Positions 9,153-19,156 of a stretch of DNA of 64,000 nt are shown here, in pieces; within the stretch, counting starts at the first letter, position 1, and each line of letters begins with the position of its first letter. Location of the stretch: NCBI GenBank assembly GCA_016179765.1, contig JACPCL010000031.1, positions 64,341 to 128,340 on the forward strand, in the 5' to 3' direction. This DNA comes from Chloroflexota bacterium (GTDB lineage: Bacteria > Chloroflexota > Dehalococcoidia > Lucifugimonadales > JACPCL1). The position numbers and the translations under genes were made by a program. The notes below the pieces were generated by a model. The model ran no database searches. It was not told where the DNA came from and saw nothing but the letters and a program-made list of their open reading frames with translations.

Positions 9153-9206
9153 GCACGTAGACCCCTGTTCCTTATTGCCAAGGCCAACACCAGCGGAGGA
9201 GGGCGC

Positions 9207-9455
9207 ATGTATTCAAGCCTCATCGGTATGGTTGAGAAGGCCCAGCGGTACGCCCAGGAACGGGATCGGATCCACATAGGCCAGGTTTCGGCAACCATCC
9301 GCGGCGAGCACGACAGCCACCAGGTGAGCTACGAAGGTGGTGCCTGGCGCTGCACCTGCCAGCACTTTGTGGCAGGGGGGGTGTGCAGCCACACCATGGC
9401 CATGGAGCGCGTTCTGGACGGTATGCTCTCTAAGGCCTCACCGGCCAAGGTGTAA
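9207..9455 (+). CDS. SWIM zinc-finger protein (small)
   Basis: CTCQHFVAGGVCSH matches the CxCx(n)CxH SWIM signature. GGAGGAGG lies 5 nt before ATG 9207. Confidence 0.7.
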   Translation: MYSSLIGMVEKAQRYAQERDRIHIGQVSATIRGEHDSHQVSYEGGAWRCTCQHFVAGGVCSHTMAMERVLDGMLSKASPAKV

Positions 9456-9542
9456 GAAGCCGGCTGGTATCCCCGGTGGGGGTACCACTGAGATGCGGCA
9501 AGCCTAACTCGGCCTGCCGAGGGGAGTACCTATTTCAAGAGA

Positions 9543-9568
9543 CCCCGCCTTTACGGCGGGCTTTTTTT
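9543..9568 (+). terminator. Intrinsic terminator
   Basis: CCCGCC-TTTAC-GGCGGG followed by C and a T7 run. Confidence 0.8.
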
Positions 9569-9577
9569 GCCGAGGTT

Positions 9578-10834
9578 TTAGCCCTCAAACTTCCGGAACA
9601 CCAGGCAGGCGTTCTGCCCGCCAAAGCCAAAGCTGTTGGAGAGCACCGTCTTTACATTCTTCTGGCGGGCCACGTTGGGCACGTAGTCCAGGTCGCACTC
9701 CGGATCAGGGTACTGGTAGTTCACGGTGGGATGCATCACCCCAGTGAGGATGGTTTTGACGCAGGCCACCGCCTCCATGCCTCCCGCAGCGCCCATGGCG
9801 TGGCCGATCATGGACTTGGTGGCGCTGATGGGCACACGGTACGCCTGGTCGCCAAAGGCCAGCTTGATGGCCCTGGTCTCAGAGACATCGTTCAGGGGCG
9901 TGGAGGTGCCGTGGGCGTTGATGTAGTCCACCTCTTCGGGAAGGACGCCGGCGTCCTCCAGGGCGAGACGTATGGCCCTGGCCGCGCCTTCGCCGCTCTC
10001 CTCCGGCTGCACGGGGTGGTACGCGTCGGAGGTGGCGCTGTAGCCTATCACCTCCGCCAGGATGTTGGCCCCCCGCGAGAGGGCGTGCTCCAGGCTCTCC
10101 AGCACCAGGATAGCGGCGCCCTCGGCGGGCACGAAGCCGTCTCGCCGGGCGTCAAAGGGCCGGCTGGCGGCCTGGGGGTCTTCGTTGCGGCTGCTGAGGG
10201 CGCGCATGACGCAGAAGCCCGCCAGGCCCAGCTCGCTGATGTTGGCCTCGCTGCCGCCGGTGAAGACCACATCGGCGGCGCGGCGCCGGATCAGCTCCGC
10301 CGCATCGCCAATGGACTGGGTGGAAGCGGCGCAAGCGGTGGCGATGGTGGAGGACGCCCCTTTGGCCCCCAGGATACGGCTGACGGTGGCGGAGGCCATA
10401 TTCGTGAGAACCATGGGGATGAAGAAGGGGGAGATGCGCATCCCGCCCTTTTCCACGATGGCTCGCATGGTCTCATCAATGGTGGGGAACCCGCCGTTGC
10501 CGTTGCCAAGGATCACGCCAACGCGGGTCCGGTCCGTCCTGTCCAGGTCAAGGTGGGCGTCCTCCACAGCCATCTGAGCCGCGGCCACGGCCAGTTGCGT
10601 GAAGCGGGCCATGCGGCGCGCCTCTTTGACCGACATGAACTGGCCTGGGTCAAAGTTAGGCGCCTCTCCTGCGATGCGGCAAGGGTAGGCCGACGGGTCG
10701 CACAGGGTGATGGGGCCAATGCCAGACACCCCCGCCACCAGGTTGCGCCAGAAGGCCTCCACCGACAACCCCAGGGGCGTGATCGCCCCCATGCCCGTGA
10801 CAACGACCCTGCGTCGCTGGGCTGCAACTTGCAT
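9578..10834 (-). CDS. fabF: Beta-ketoacyl-ACP synthase II
   Basis: RRVVVTGMGAITPLG...ATACAAST...NAHGTSTPLND...SNSFGFGGQNACLVF. Confidence 0.95.
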   Translation of the reverse strand: MQVAAQRRRVVVTGMGAITPLGLSVEAFWRNLVAGVSGIGPITLCDPSAYPCRIAGEAPNFDPGQFMSVKEARRMARFTQLAVAAAQMAVEDAHLDLDRTDRTRVGVILGNGNGGFPTIDETMRAIVEKGGMRISPFFIPMVLTNMASATVSRILGAKGASSTIATACAASTQSIGDAAELIRRRAADVVFTGGSEANISELGLAGFCVMRALSSRNEDPQAASRPFDARRDGFVPAEGAAILVLESLEHALSRGANILAEVIGYSATSDAYHPVQPEESGEGAARAIRLALEDAGVLPEEVDYINAHGTSTPLNDVSETRAIKLAFGDQAYRVPISATKSMIGHAMGAAGGMEAVACVKTILTGVMHPTVNYQYPDPECDLDYVPNVARQKNVKTVLSNSFGFGGQNACLVFRKFEG

Positions 10835-10853
10835 CTCTTAACCTCATCTTTCC

Positions 10854-12218
10854 CTACGGCACGGTGGCCCGCAGGTCCAGGCTGGCGTACACCTCCGGAG
10901 GTATGTGCAGGGAGTGCTCCCGCGCCTCCGCCGCCACAAAGAGGGAGCCGGTGACCACCACCATGTCCCCCACCTGGGCCATCTCCACCGCCTGATTCAC
11001 CGCCGCCGCCACGCCCTCCACCTGCGCCGCTCCCACGCCGGCCCTGGCAAACTCCTCCGCCAGCATCCGGGGCGAGGCCGCCCTGGGATGCCGGGAGCGG
11101 GTGACGATGACCGTGGGACTCCCCGGGGCCAGCTCCTGGACAATGCCAGGGATGTTCTTGTCCGCAGAGAGGCCCACCACATAGATGAGCCTTCCGAACC
11201 GGAAATAGTCGTGCACCGCCTCCCGCAGCTTACCGGCGGAGTAGGGGTTGTGGGCGCCGTCTACTACCAGGAGCGGCTCCCTGGAGAGCACCTCTAGGCG
11301 GGCGGGCCACCGCACGGAGCGGAACCCCCTGGCGATGGAGTCTCTGGATATGGTGAATCCCATCTCGTTCAGGGCTTGCAGGCCCACCAGGGCCGTCGCC
11401 GCATTCTCAAGCTGGTGCGCCCCCAGGAGGGGAAGGGAGAGGGGAAACTCTCCCCAAGGGGCCGTGATGGTGAAGGACTGCCCATCCAGGTCATGGGCGT
11501 GCAGCATGTACTGGCACTCCTCGGCGGCAGGGATAAGGGGGACCCCTTGCTCCCAGGCCGCCCTCCGCAGCACCTCCATGACCCCTGGCGGCTGGGGGCT
11601 GGCGACGGCCACGCAGCCAGGCTTTATGATGCCTGCCTTATCAGCGGCGATCTTCTCCACGGTGTCCCCCAGGATGGCCGTGTGGTCCAGACTGATGGAG
11701 GTGAAGAGGCACAGTTGGGGTTGCACCACGTTGGTGGAGTCCAGACGCCCGCCCAGGCCCACCTCCATCACCTGGAAGCCTGCGCCCTTCTGAGCGTAGT
11801 ACTGAAAGGCCATGGCGGTGAGCAACTCAAAGACGGTGACTGCGCCGTGGACGCCCTCGCCGTTAATGCCCTCCACCAGGGGCCACAGGTCCTCCACCAG
11901 GGCGGCGAACTCCCCTTCCGATACCGGCTGGCCATCGTACTGAATGCGCTCCCGGAAGGTGTGCAGGTGAGGCGAGGTGAACAGGCCAGGGGTGTACCCC
12001 TGGGCGGACAGCACCGAGGCGACCATGGCTGCGGTGCTGCCCTTGCCCTTGGTGCCGGTAACGTGGACGGTGGGCGTCTTCAGGTGCGGGTTGCCCAGCC
12101 GCGCAAGGAGCAGGCGAATGCGTCCCAGGTCATACCGCCGGTGATGGGGGGCTTGCCCGGAGACCCGTTCCAGGTCCGTGAGGGTGAGGAGCTTATCTAA
12201 AGACTGCTGGTAGTCCAT
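10854..12218 (-). CDS. folC: Folylpolyglutamate synthase/dihydrofolate synthase
   Basis: MDYQQSLDKLL...HVTGTKGKGSTAAMV...FTSPHL. The ATG at 12218 is preferred over the ORF-track start at 12335. Confidence 0.9.
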   Translation of the reverse strand: MDYQQSLDKLLTLTDLERVSGQAPHHRRYDLGRIRLLLARLGNPHLKTPTVHVTGTKGKGSTAAMVASVLSAQGYTPGLFTSPHLHTFRERIQYDGQPVSEGEFAALVEDLWPLVEGINGEGVHGAVTVFELLTAMAFQYYAQKGAGFQVMEVGLGGRLDSTNVVQPQLCLFTSISLDHTAILGDTVEKIAADKAGIIKPGCVAVASPQPPGVMEVLRRAAWEQGVPLIPAAEECQYMLHAHDLDGQSFTITAPWGEFPLSLPLLGAHQLENAATALVGLQALNEMGFTISRDSIARGFRSVRWPARLEVLSREPLLVVDGAHNPYSAGKLREAVHDYFRFGRLIYVVGLSADKNIPGIVQELAPGSPTVIVTRSRHPRAASPRMLAEEFARAGVGAAQVEGVAAAVNQAVEMAQVGDMVVVTGSLFVAAEAREHSLHIPPEVYASLDLRATVP

Positions 12219-12219
12219 G

Positions 12220-13170
12220 TTAGTGGTCCCGAATGTGCCTGGGCATGAGGCCCAGGGCAATGCGGTAGGCGTCAGGATACGTAATGCGCTTGATGTAGTC
12301 AATGTTACTCGCAAGGGGCCTGGGTTGGAAGCCAAAGGCCTCCTCCACTGCGCCCAGCCTGGCGACGTTGTCCAGAGCCAGCATGTTGAGCTGGTGCATG
12401 GTGATGGGCGGGTTGGGCAGCAGCCGCTCCATCAGCCACACCAGCACCCGCATGATGGGGATGGGCACGTGCAGCTTCCAGCGATGGAGGAAGTAGGTGA
12501 GGGCGATGGCGTCCACAATCTGGTCGTAGGTCAGTTGCTCCGGCCCGCCAATCTCCACCGCCTTGCCGCGCAGGTCTTCCCGCTCCAGGGCGTCGGCAAT
12601 GCATCGGGAGGCGTCCAGCACATGGATGGGCTGAAACTTGGCCCTCCCGTCGCCGGCGAGGGGCACGATGGGGAAGGCCTTCACCGTGCCCGCCAGGGCG
12701 TTGATGAACTCGTCCCCTGGGCCAAAAATCAGGGAGCTGCGCAGGATGGTGTAAGAGACGCCGCTGTGGGCCACGGCCTGCTCTCCCAACCACTTGGAGC
12801 GCAGGTAAGGGAAGCCCGCGTCGTCCTGGGCCCCAACGGCGCTCAGGTGCATGAAGGCGCCAACGCCCCTCTCTTTCGCCGCCGCCGCCACGTTAGCCGT
12901 GCCCTGGTGGTTGACGGCGTCAAAGGTCATGCCCCGGCGCTCCCGGATGATGGCCACCAGATGCACGACGGCGTCCACGCCATCCATGGCCGCCTTCCAG
13001 GTGGATGGGTCGGAGACGTCGGCGTAGGCGATCTCCACGCCGCTGCCGGCCACGGCCTCCTCCCGTCCACGGCTGCGGCCCACGGCCCGCACGGTATGGC
13101 CGCGCTCCGCCAGGGTCTTAACCACGTGGCGGCCCACAAAACCGGTAGCCCCCGTTACCAGCACTCGCAC
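12220..13170 (-). CDS. NAD(P)H-binding SDR (NDUFA9/NmrA-like epimerase-dehydratase family)
   Basis: MRVLVTGATGFVGRHVV. AGGAGG lies upstream of GTG 13170. Confidence 0.8.
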   Translation of the reverse strand: MRVLVTGATGFVGRHVVKTLAERGHTVRAVGRSRGREEAVAGSGVEIAYADVSDPSTWKAAMDGVDAVVHLVAIIRERRGMTFDAVNHQGTANVAAAAKERGVGAFMHLSAVGAQDDAGFPYLRSKWLGEQAVAHSGVSYTILRSSLIFGPGDEFINALAGTVKAFPIVPLAGDGRAKFQPIHVLDASRCIADALEREDLRGKAVEIGGPEQLTYDQIVDAIALTYFLHRWKLHVPIPIMRVLVWLMERLLPNPPITMHQLNMLALDNVARLGAVEEAFGFQPRPLASNIDYIKRITYPDAYRIALGLMPRHIRDH

Positions 13171-13227
13171 CGTAAGCGCCTCCTCTCTTGCCTCAAGCTC
13201 CCTGATGGTTACTGTTTCACCCTCACC

Positions 13228-13440
13228 TTAGCAAGCTGCTGAAGAACACCCCCAAACCCCCTCAAGGGGGTTCAAGGTATCCGCCTGCGGCGGATGGATT
13301 TGTATTTGGGGGACACCCCCAGACCCCCGCCAGAGGGGCCTTGCCCCTCTGGACTCCCCCTTGATGGGGGAAGGTGAGAGCCTGCCCTGAGCAGAGCGAG
13401 GGGGTGGGGATGAAACCACCGCCATGAGTCAGGCAAACTA
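13228..13440. repeat. Mosaic palindromic repeat block
   Basis: Left-end motif AGCAAGCTGCTGAAGAAC, M2 GTATCCGCCTGCGGCGGAT, M1 TTTGGGGGACACCCCCAGA (13305-13323), M8 GAGCCTGCCCTGAGC. Confidence 0.85.
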
Positions 13441-13498
13441 TTGAGTGTATGACGCTCAACGGGAGGGAGCGGCCTGGTAGACCTCCCCCAGGCAGGCT

Positions 13499-14740
13499 CT
13501 ATGATACATTACGCGGCGCCCTTGCAGCTCTTGGCGGCGGAGAGGCCCCGGCAGGGCGTCTCCCCCTCTTGGGTGAGAGTACGTCCAGATACTTGTACGC
13601 CGTACCCGTGTTCATCAGGACGATGGTAGCTTCGGGGTCAAGGGCTCCCTCCTTCAGCAGGCGGCGCAGGCCCGCCAGGGTGGCGGCCCCTTCTGGGCAA
13701 GGGTAGACGCCCTCGGCGGAGGCCATGGCCTTCACCTCTGCCAGGATCTCCTGGTCCGATACCATCACCCCCGCGCCGCCGCTCTCCCGGATGGCCCGCA
13801 GAATCAGGTAGTCGCCGATGGCCGAAGGCACGCGGATGCCGGCGGCGATGGTGCGCGCGTCCTGCCACGGTTCGGCGTGGCCGGCGCCGGCGTGCAGGGC
13901 CCGGACGATGGGCGCGCAGCCGTCGGACTGCACCGCCACCATCCGGGTCGTAACCTCGTCAATCCAGCCCAGGGCAAGCATCTCCTGGTAGGCTTTCCAG
14001 ATGCCCACGATGCCCGTGCCGCCGCCGGTGGGGTACACGATGACGTCCGGCGTACGCCAGCCAAGCTGCTCGGCCAGCTCGTACCCCATGGTCTTCTTGC
14101 CCTCGGCCCGGTACGGCTCCTGCAGGGTGGAAAGGTCAAAGAGACCCTCCTTGGCGGCCTGCTCCCGGGAGAGGCGGCCCGCATCGCCAATGAGGCCGTC
14201 CACCAGGGTGAGTCGCGCACCGGCGTCCAGACACTCCTGCTGGTTGGCCTGGGGCGCATCCCTGGGCATGAAGACGTGGGCCTCCATCCCTCCCGCGGCG
14301 CAGTAGGCGGCCAGGGCCCCGGCGGCGTTGCCCGCGGAGGGGACGGTGAGCTTGCGCAGGCCCAGCTCCCTGGCCTTAGAGACGGCGGCGGCCATGCCCC
14401 GGGCCTTGAAGGAGCCGGTGGGGTTGCCCCCTTCGTCCTTGATGTAGAGGCGTGTGCAGCCAAGCTGCTTCCCCAGGTTCCTGGCGTGGAGAAGGGGCGT
14501 CATGCCTTCGCCAAGGCTCACCACGTTCTCCTCATGGCGCACGGGCATGAGTTCGTAGTATCGCCACAGGGTAGCTGGACGGGAGGCGATGGCCCTTCGG
14601 TCCACCTCCCGGCGCGCATGGGGCAGGTCATAGCGGGCGTACAGCACCTTGCCGCAAGCGGGACAGGTGCGGTGTGGCTCCTCTGCCGAGCAGGTCACCC
14701 CGCAGGAGGTGCATTCCAGGTGAGACAGGTAGCTGCGCAT
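13499..14740 (-). CDS. thrC: Threonine synthase
   Basis: MRSYLSHLECTSCG...YIKDEGGNPTGSFKARG. Carries a ~25-aa Pro/Arg/Ala-rich C-terminal tail. Confidence 0.9.
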   Translation of the reverse strand: MRSYLSHLECTSCGVTCSAEEPHRTCPACGKVLYARYDLPHARREVDRRAIASRPATLWRYYELMPVRHEENVVSLGEGMTPLLHARNLGKQLGCTRLYIKDEGGNPTGSFKARGMAAAVSKARELGLRKLTVPSAGNAAGALAAYCAAGGMEAHVFMPRDAPQANQQECLDAGARLTLVDGLIGDAGRLSREQAAKEGLFDLSTLQEPYRAEGKKTMGYELAEQLGWRTPDVIVYPTGGGTGIVGIWKAYQEMLALGWIDEVTTRMVAVQSDGCAPIVRALHAGAGHAEPWQDARTIAAGIRVPSAIGDYLILRAIRESGGAGVMVSDQEILAEVKAMASAEGVYPCPEGAATLAGLRRLLKEGALDPEATIVLMNTGTAYKYLDVLSPKRGRRPAGASPPPRAARAPRNVS

Positions 14741-14858
14741 GGCAATCCTCAGTTGAGCGTGTGTCCAAAGCGTGGCACAACTATGCTGGCTTTGTAAAGC
14801 TCTGCACATTGGCTAGATGAGTCCGGTGGCAAGCTAATGCCCCACCCCAGGGAAGAAG

Positions 14859-14903
14859 AAAGACAGAATCTAAGCCGCCTTTGGCGGCTTAGATTCTGTC
14901 TTT
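14859..14903 (-). terminator. Long perfect hairpin downstream of htpX
   Basis: AAAGACAGAATCTAAGCCGCC-TTT-GGCGGCTTAGATTCTGTCTTT (21-bp stem). The minus strand continues CTTCTTCC. Confidence 0.6.
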
Positions 14904-14962
14904 CAATCTCTTCAGAGGCGGGGAACACCTAGCTAGGTGACGGCATTGCCCCATAGGAGACC

Positions 14963-15940
14963 TCAACTCCCCATGGCCCGCAGACGGCGGATGCGCTCCT
15001 GGATGGGCGGGTGCGTGCTAAAAAGGTGGTTCATCGTGCTGGCCTGCCCCTTAAATGGCTCGGCGATATACAGATGCGCCGTCCCTTTGGTGTTTGCGTC
15101 CAGCGGGTCTTTATCTTTGGCGATCTTCTCCAGGGCGCCCGCCAGGCCAGCAGGGTAGCGGGTAAGCAGCGCACCCGATGCATCGGCCATGTACTCGCGC
15201 TGGCGTGACACCGCCATCTGCACCATGAGAGCCGCCAGCGGCGCAACGATCATCGCCACTACCGCCGCCGCCAGCAGAATAGCGCCGCCAGCGTTTTCAC
15301 CCTTGCCCCTGTACCGCTGCCGTGAGCCTGTGCCGTACCAGGTGGAGCGCAGGGCCACGTCGGCCATCATGGCGATGACCCCCACCAGCACGGCGGTGAT
15401 GAGCATGAGACGGATGTCGTAGTTGCGGACGTGGGACAGTTCGTGGGCGATGACCCCTTCTAGCTCCAGCGGCTCCAACTTTTCCAGCAGGCCGGTGGTG
15501 ATGGCGAGGGAGGCGTGCTGAGGGTCGCGCCCCGTGGCAAAGGCATTGAGCGCGCCGTCCTGAATGACGTACACCTTGGGCATGGGCACGCCAGCGCCAA
15601 TGCACAGGTTCTCTACTGCGCGATAAAGCGCTTGGTGCTGCCGAGGGTCCGCCAGGCGTGCCTCGGAGATGCTGAGGACCATGGAGTCGCCGGAGCGGTA
15701 GCCCCAGATGGCGATGAGCAGCGCGACGCCAGCGGCCGCTGCGGCCACCAGGGTGGCCGGGAGGAGAGGCAAGCCCAACGCCAGCCCGAACAGCTCAGCC
15801 ATGACCGCCGGGATGACCACCAGCGCCACGATGAACAGGATGGTGCGACGCTTGTTGGCCTCAATAGCCGTGTAGATGTTGAGGCCGCTAGGCGGTGAAC
15901 CTGACGGCGATGTCGCCACGGGCTGCCTCCTCGGCTTCAA
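14963..15940 (-). CDS. htpX: M48 zinc metalloprotease, HtpX-like
   Basis: [10 protein letters not shown] (HExxH) with TM segments. Its 5' end overlaps lemA by 53 nt, so the start is uncertain. Confidence 0.85.
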   Translation of the reverse strand: MKPRRQPVATSPSGSPPSGLNIYTAIEANKRRTILFIVALVVIPAVMAELFGLALGLPLLPATLVAAAAAGVALLIAIWGYRSGDSMVLSISEARLADPRQHQALYRAVENLCIGAGVPMPKVYVIQDGALNAFATGRDPQHASLAITTGLLEKLEPLELEGVIAHELSHVRNYDIRLMLITAVLVGVIAMMADVALRSTWYGTGSRQRYRGKGENAGGAILLAAAVVAMIVAPLAALMVQMAVSRQREYMADASGALLTRYPAGLAGALEKIAKDKDPLDANTKGTAHLYIAEPFKGQASTMNHLFSTHPPIQERIRRLRAMGS

Positions 15941-16457
15941 AGTAGCCCTCCTCTTTGAACCCGAAGTTGCGGGCGATGAGGACGCTGGGGAAGGTCTGGA
16001 TTTTGGTGTTCAGGTCCCGTACGTTGGTGTTGTAGAACTGGCGGGCGTAGGCAATCTTGGACTCAATGTCCGAGAGGTCCTTCTGCATCTGTAGGAAGTT
16101 CTCACTAGCTCGTAGCTGAGGATACGCCTCGGCGACGGCAAAGAGGGACTTGAGGGCGCCCGTCAGCATATTGTCCGCCTGGGCGGCTTGCTGGGGCGTG
16201 CCTGCGGATAAGATGGCCGCCCGGGCCCTGGTGACATTCTCAAACACCTCTCGCTCGTGGGCGGCGTACCCCTTCACCGTCTCCACCAGGTTGGGCACCA
16301 GGCTGGCCCTTCGTTTGAGCTGCACGTCAATACCTGACCACGCTTCGCGCACACGCTGCCGCAGCGTGACAAGACGGTTGTATATGGTCCACACCACCAA
16401 GACAACCAGCGCAACAATTCCAAGGATGGCCAGCAAGAAGATGACACCTGCATCCAT
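15888..16457 (-). CDS. lemA: LemA family membrane protein
   Basis: N-terminal TM, then [29 protein letters not shown]...QLRASENF. Forms the classic lemA-htpX pair. Confidence 0.9.
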   Translation of the reverse strand: MDAGVIFLLAILGIVALVVLVVWTIYNRLVTLRQRVREAWSGIDVQLKRRASLVPNLVETVKGYAAHEREVFENVTRARAAILSAGTPQQAAQADNMLTGALKSLFAVAEAYPQLRASENFLQMQKDLSDIESKIAYARQFYNTNVRDLNTKIQTFPSVLIARNFGFKEEGYFEAEEAARGDIAVRFTA

Positions 16458-16584
16458 GAGGTCGCTCCCTTCTGAACCAGGGGATGTGCTTTGAAAGCTT
16501 CTGCTCCTTCTTATTCTACTCTACGGCGCGCCACAACAATGAGCAGCGCAGCAAAATCAGCTACAATGAGTAACCGTTAAGCCC

Positions 16585-17364
16585 ATGTACGACATCCACT
16601 GCCATATTCTTCCTGACCTGGACGACGGCCCCAGTGACCTGGCGGCCTCCCTGGAGATGGCGCGCCTGGCAACGGCTGATGGCACGCACACCACCATCGC
16701 AACGCCCCACGGCGCGCAGGTCGCCGCCCTGGGGGGCAGGGCCGCGCTGGAGGAGCGCGTGCGCTCCTTTTGCCAGGCCATGCTCTCCCAAAGTATCCCT
16801 CTAAAGCTGGCTATGGGCGTGGAATACCTCCTCACCCTGGACCTGGTGCGAGAGGCGCAGGGGGGCATGGCGATCACCCTCAATGGCTCCCGGTACCTCC
16901 TGGTGGAGATAGACTTCCAGCAGTGGCCGCCTTATACCGATGAGGCCCTCTTCCAGGTCCAGCTTGCCGGCTACACCCCCATCCTTGCCCATCCCGAGCG
17001 CCAGGCCACCATCCAGCAGTCCCCTGCGCTGCTAGAGGGGCTGGTGGAGCGCGGCGTCCTGGCGGAGGTTACCGGCGGCAGCCTGCTGGGCGACTTTGGC
17101 GATACGGCGCAGCGCAGCGCCGAGGAGCTGGTACGCCGGGGCCTGGTCCATTTCATCGCCTCCGATGGCCACTCCCCCACGCACAACCGTCCGCCGGTCA
17201 TGGCCGCGGCCAGGGCGGCCCTGGCCAGGCTCGCAGGCGAGGAGACGGCCCACCTCTTGGCCATAGCCAATCCCTTGGCCGTCGTGCAGGGCGGCCCCGT
17301 AACCACGCCGGGGCCCGTGCAACCCACCAGGGCCAAGGGTTTCCGCTGGTTCACGGGTAGGTAA
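16585..17364 (+). CDS. PHP-family protein-tyrosine phosphatase (CpsB/YwqE-like)
   Basis: MYDIHCHILPDLDDGP...ATPH...AHPER...ASDGH. Confidence 0.85.
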   Translation: MYDIHCHILPDLDDGPSDLAASLEMARLATADGTHTTIATPHGAQVAALGGRAALEERVRSFCQAMLSQSIPLKLAMGVEYLLTLDLVREAQGGMAITLNGSRYLLVEIDFQQWPPYTDEALFQVQLAGYTPILAHPERQATIQQSPALLEGLVERGVLAEVTGGSLLGDFGDTAQRSAEELVRRGLVHFIASDGHSPTHNRPPVMAAARAALARLAGEETAHLLAIANPLAVVQGGPVTTPGPVQPTRAKGFRWFTGR

Positions 17365-17439
17365 CATGAAGCTATCCCAAAAACCTTTTTGGCGCCGCCA
17401 GCCTTCAGGCTTGGGTGTGGCAGACCATGTTGAGATAGC

Positions 17440-19146
17440 TTGATGGCTCAGCGACCACCAACTGCTCCACCGCGAGAGAGGGTAGAGGCGAGCACAAAGC
17501 CATCCCCTGCCTTGTTGCGCTCCTTGAAAGCTGCCCCGCCTGTTGTCCACGACCTGCTGGTGGCCCTGGCCTTTGCCATACTCGGCGTGGTCATTGCCAG
17601 GAACCTCCTCTTGGAGGGCTTTCCGCCAGGGGTAGACACCCCCACCTTTCTCCACCTGAGCTGGTTCACCAGGGAGACGCTGCAAGGCCGCGGTGGCCTG
17701 GTTGACCCCTACTGGTACAGTGGCTTCCCCGCCTTCACCGCCTATCCTCCCTTGAGCTACGGTCTGGTGGGACTGCTCGCCTCTGTGCCTGGCGTGGGCC
17801 TCGTCTTCATCTACAAGGTGGTGCTCCTGGCCGCCTACGTGGGCACGGGCTACGCCACCTATTTTTTGGCTCGCCAGCTTGGCCAAACGCGGCCGTGGGC
17901 GGCCCTGGGCGGTGCGGTGACCCTGGCCTCCTATCCCCTTCTTGTGGCCGTTGGCCTGTGGGGATGGTATAGCTCCGTCTTTGCCCTGGCCCTGGCCCTT
18001 CTGTCCCTGGGCTTGCTAGAGCGGGCGTACCGGCGCAACAGCATCCGCACTGCGGCGGCCTCTGGCCTGGCCATGGGCGCCTCCTTCCTCGCCCATCACA
18101 TGACGGCGGGCGCACTTGCCCTGGGCCTGCCCTTCTGGTTCCTGTTCTGCTACAGCGCCCTTCCCGGCCAGCGCCGCACACTGCTGAAGGTATCAATCCT
18201 GTTCTTGGCGGCTGCGCTGGCTACGACCCTGTGGTGGGCCCTCCCCTGGCTCTCTAATCTGCTGAGGGCCGACTTTCAGCGGGAAATCCCCGGGTTGTGG
18301 AGCTTCCCAGGCTTCTTGTACCTACGCGCCGTGACGAACAGAGACCTCATAGGCTGGTATGCCTACCCAAACTACGTGGGGATAGGCCTGACGGCCTTGG
18401 CCATAGGTGGTATACTCCATGCGTTTGTGGCCCGCACACCTGCCAGGCCGTACGCCGTCCTGCTCCTGTTGCTCCTGGCCTTTAGCCTTGGCGAGCAGGT
18501 CAACCCGCTCATCCGGGTGGGCCCGCTGAGGGGGCTGGACGTGGCTCGTTTTCAGTTGTACATGGCTCCGGTCACCGTCGTGGTGGGGCTGCCCTTCCTT
18601 TCCTCCCTGGGAACGGCCTTCGCTCAGCTTGGGGGGCGAAGCAAGGCCTCCCGGTGGCTCCCGACCCTGGGCAGCAGCCTGGCGGTGACCTTACTGCTGC
18701 TACAGACGGGGTGGGATACGGCAAAAGCTTCGGACAGATTGTTCAAGCCCTACCGGCTGACTTCCGAGGCCCAGGCAATGGTGCGCTGGCTGGGAGAGGA
18801 GGGGCGAGAAGGCAAGGTGCTGGGCGTGGGCTTCTGGCACTGGGACGACTTTTTCCTGCCCTACTACCTGCATCAGCCTGTGGTGGACGGCTGGCATGAT
18901 GAGGGCGCCAAGGACTGGCGACCCGTGCGGGCGTTGCGTGTCATGATGTGGTTTCGCGAGATTGACATTCCCCGGGCGCACGCCCTGCTGGGTGAGCTGG
19001 ATGGAAGGTACATAGCCGTCCAGGACTACTACTTTGGGGAGTCGCCCAAGGAGTTTCGCCTGGCCTTACAGCAGCACCCGCAACTCTTTTCCCAGGTGGC
19101 GGACTGGGGCACGGTGACCCTTTTTGAGCGCATCCCTGAGAGTTAG
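17440..19146 (+). CDS. Large polytopic membrane protein, possible GT-C-type glycosyltransferase
   Basis: 568 aa with many hydrophobic segments and a soluble C-terminal domain. The function is inferred from architecture and context only. Confidence 0.4.
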   Translation: MMAQRPPTAPPRERVEASTKPSPALLRSLKAAPPVVHDLLVALAFAILGVVIARNLLLEGFPPGVDTPTFLHLSWFTRETLQGRGGLVDPYWYSGFPAFTAYPPLSYGLVGLLASVPGVGLVFIYKVVLLAAYVGTGYATYFLARQLGQTRPWAALGGAVTLASYPLLVAVGLWGWYSSVFALALALLSLGLLERAYRRNSIRTAAASGLAMGASFLAHHMTAGALALGLPFWFLFCYSALPGQRRTLLKVSILFLAAALATTLWWALPWLSNLLRADFQREIPGLWSFPGFLYLRAVTNRDLIGWYAYPNYVGIGLTALAIGGILHAFVARTPARPYAVLLLLLLAFSLGEQVNPLIRVGPLRGLDVARFQLYMAPVTVVVGLPFLSSLGTAFAQLGGRSKASRWLPTLGSSLAVTLLLLQTGWDTAKASDRLFKPYRLTSEAQAMVRWLGEEGREGKVLGVGFWHWDDFFLPYYLHQPVVDGWHDEGAKDWRPVRALRVMMWFREIDIPRAHALLGELDGRYIAVQDYYFGESPKEFRLALQQHPQLFSQVADWGTVTLFERIPES

Positions 19147-19156
19147 CGGAGCGTAC

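Noticed and set aside
8950-9156. N-terminal extensions of the ORF-track models for purF (to 9156), folC (to 12335), thrC (to 14809), the esterase (to 50318), the REase (to 5813) and the secreted protein (to 25522).
   Set aside because: The extensions lack family similarity and run into neighbouring genes or promoters. Internal starts with SD-like sequences match the family N-termini.
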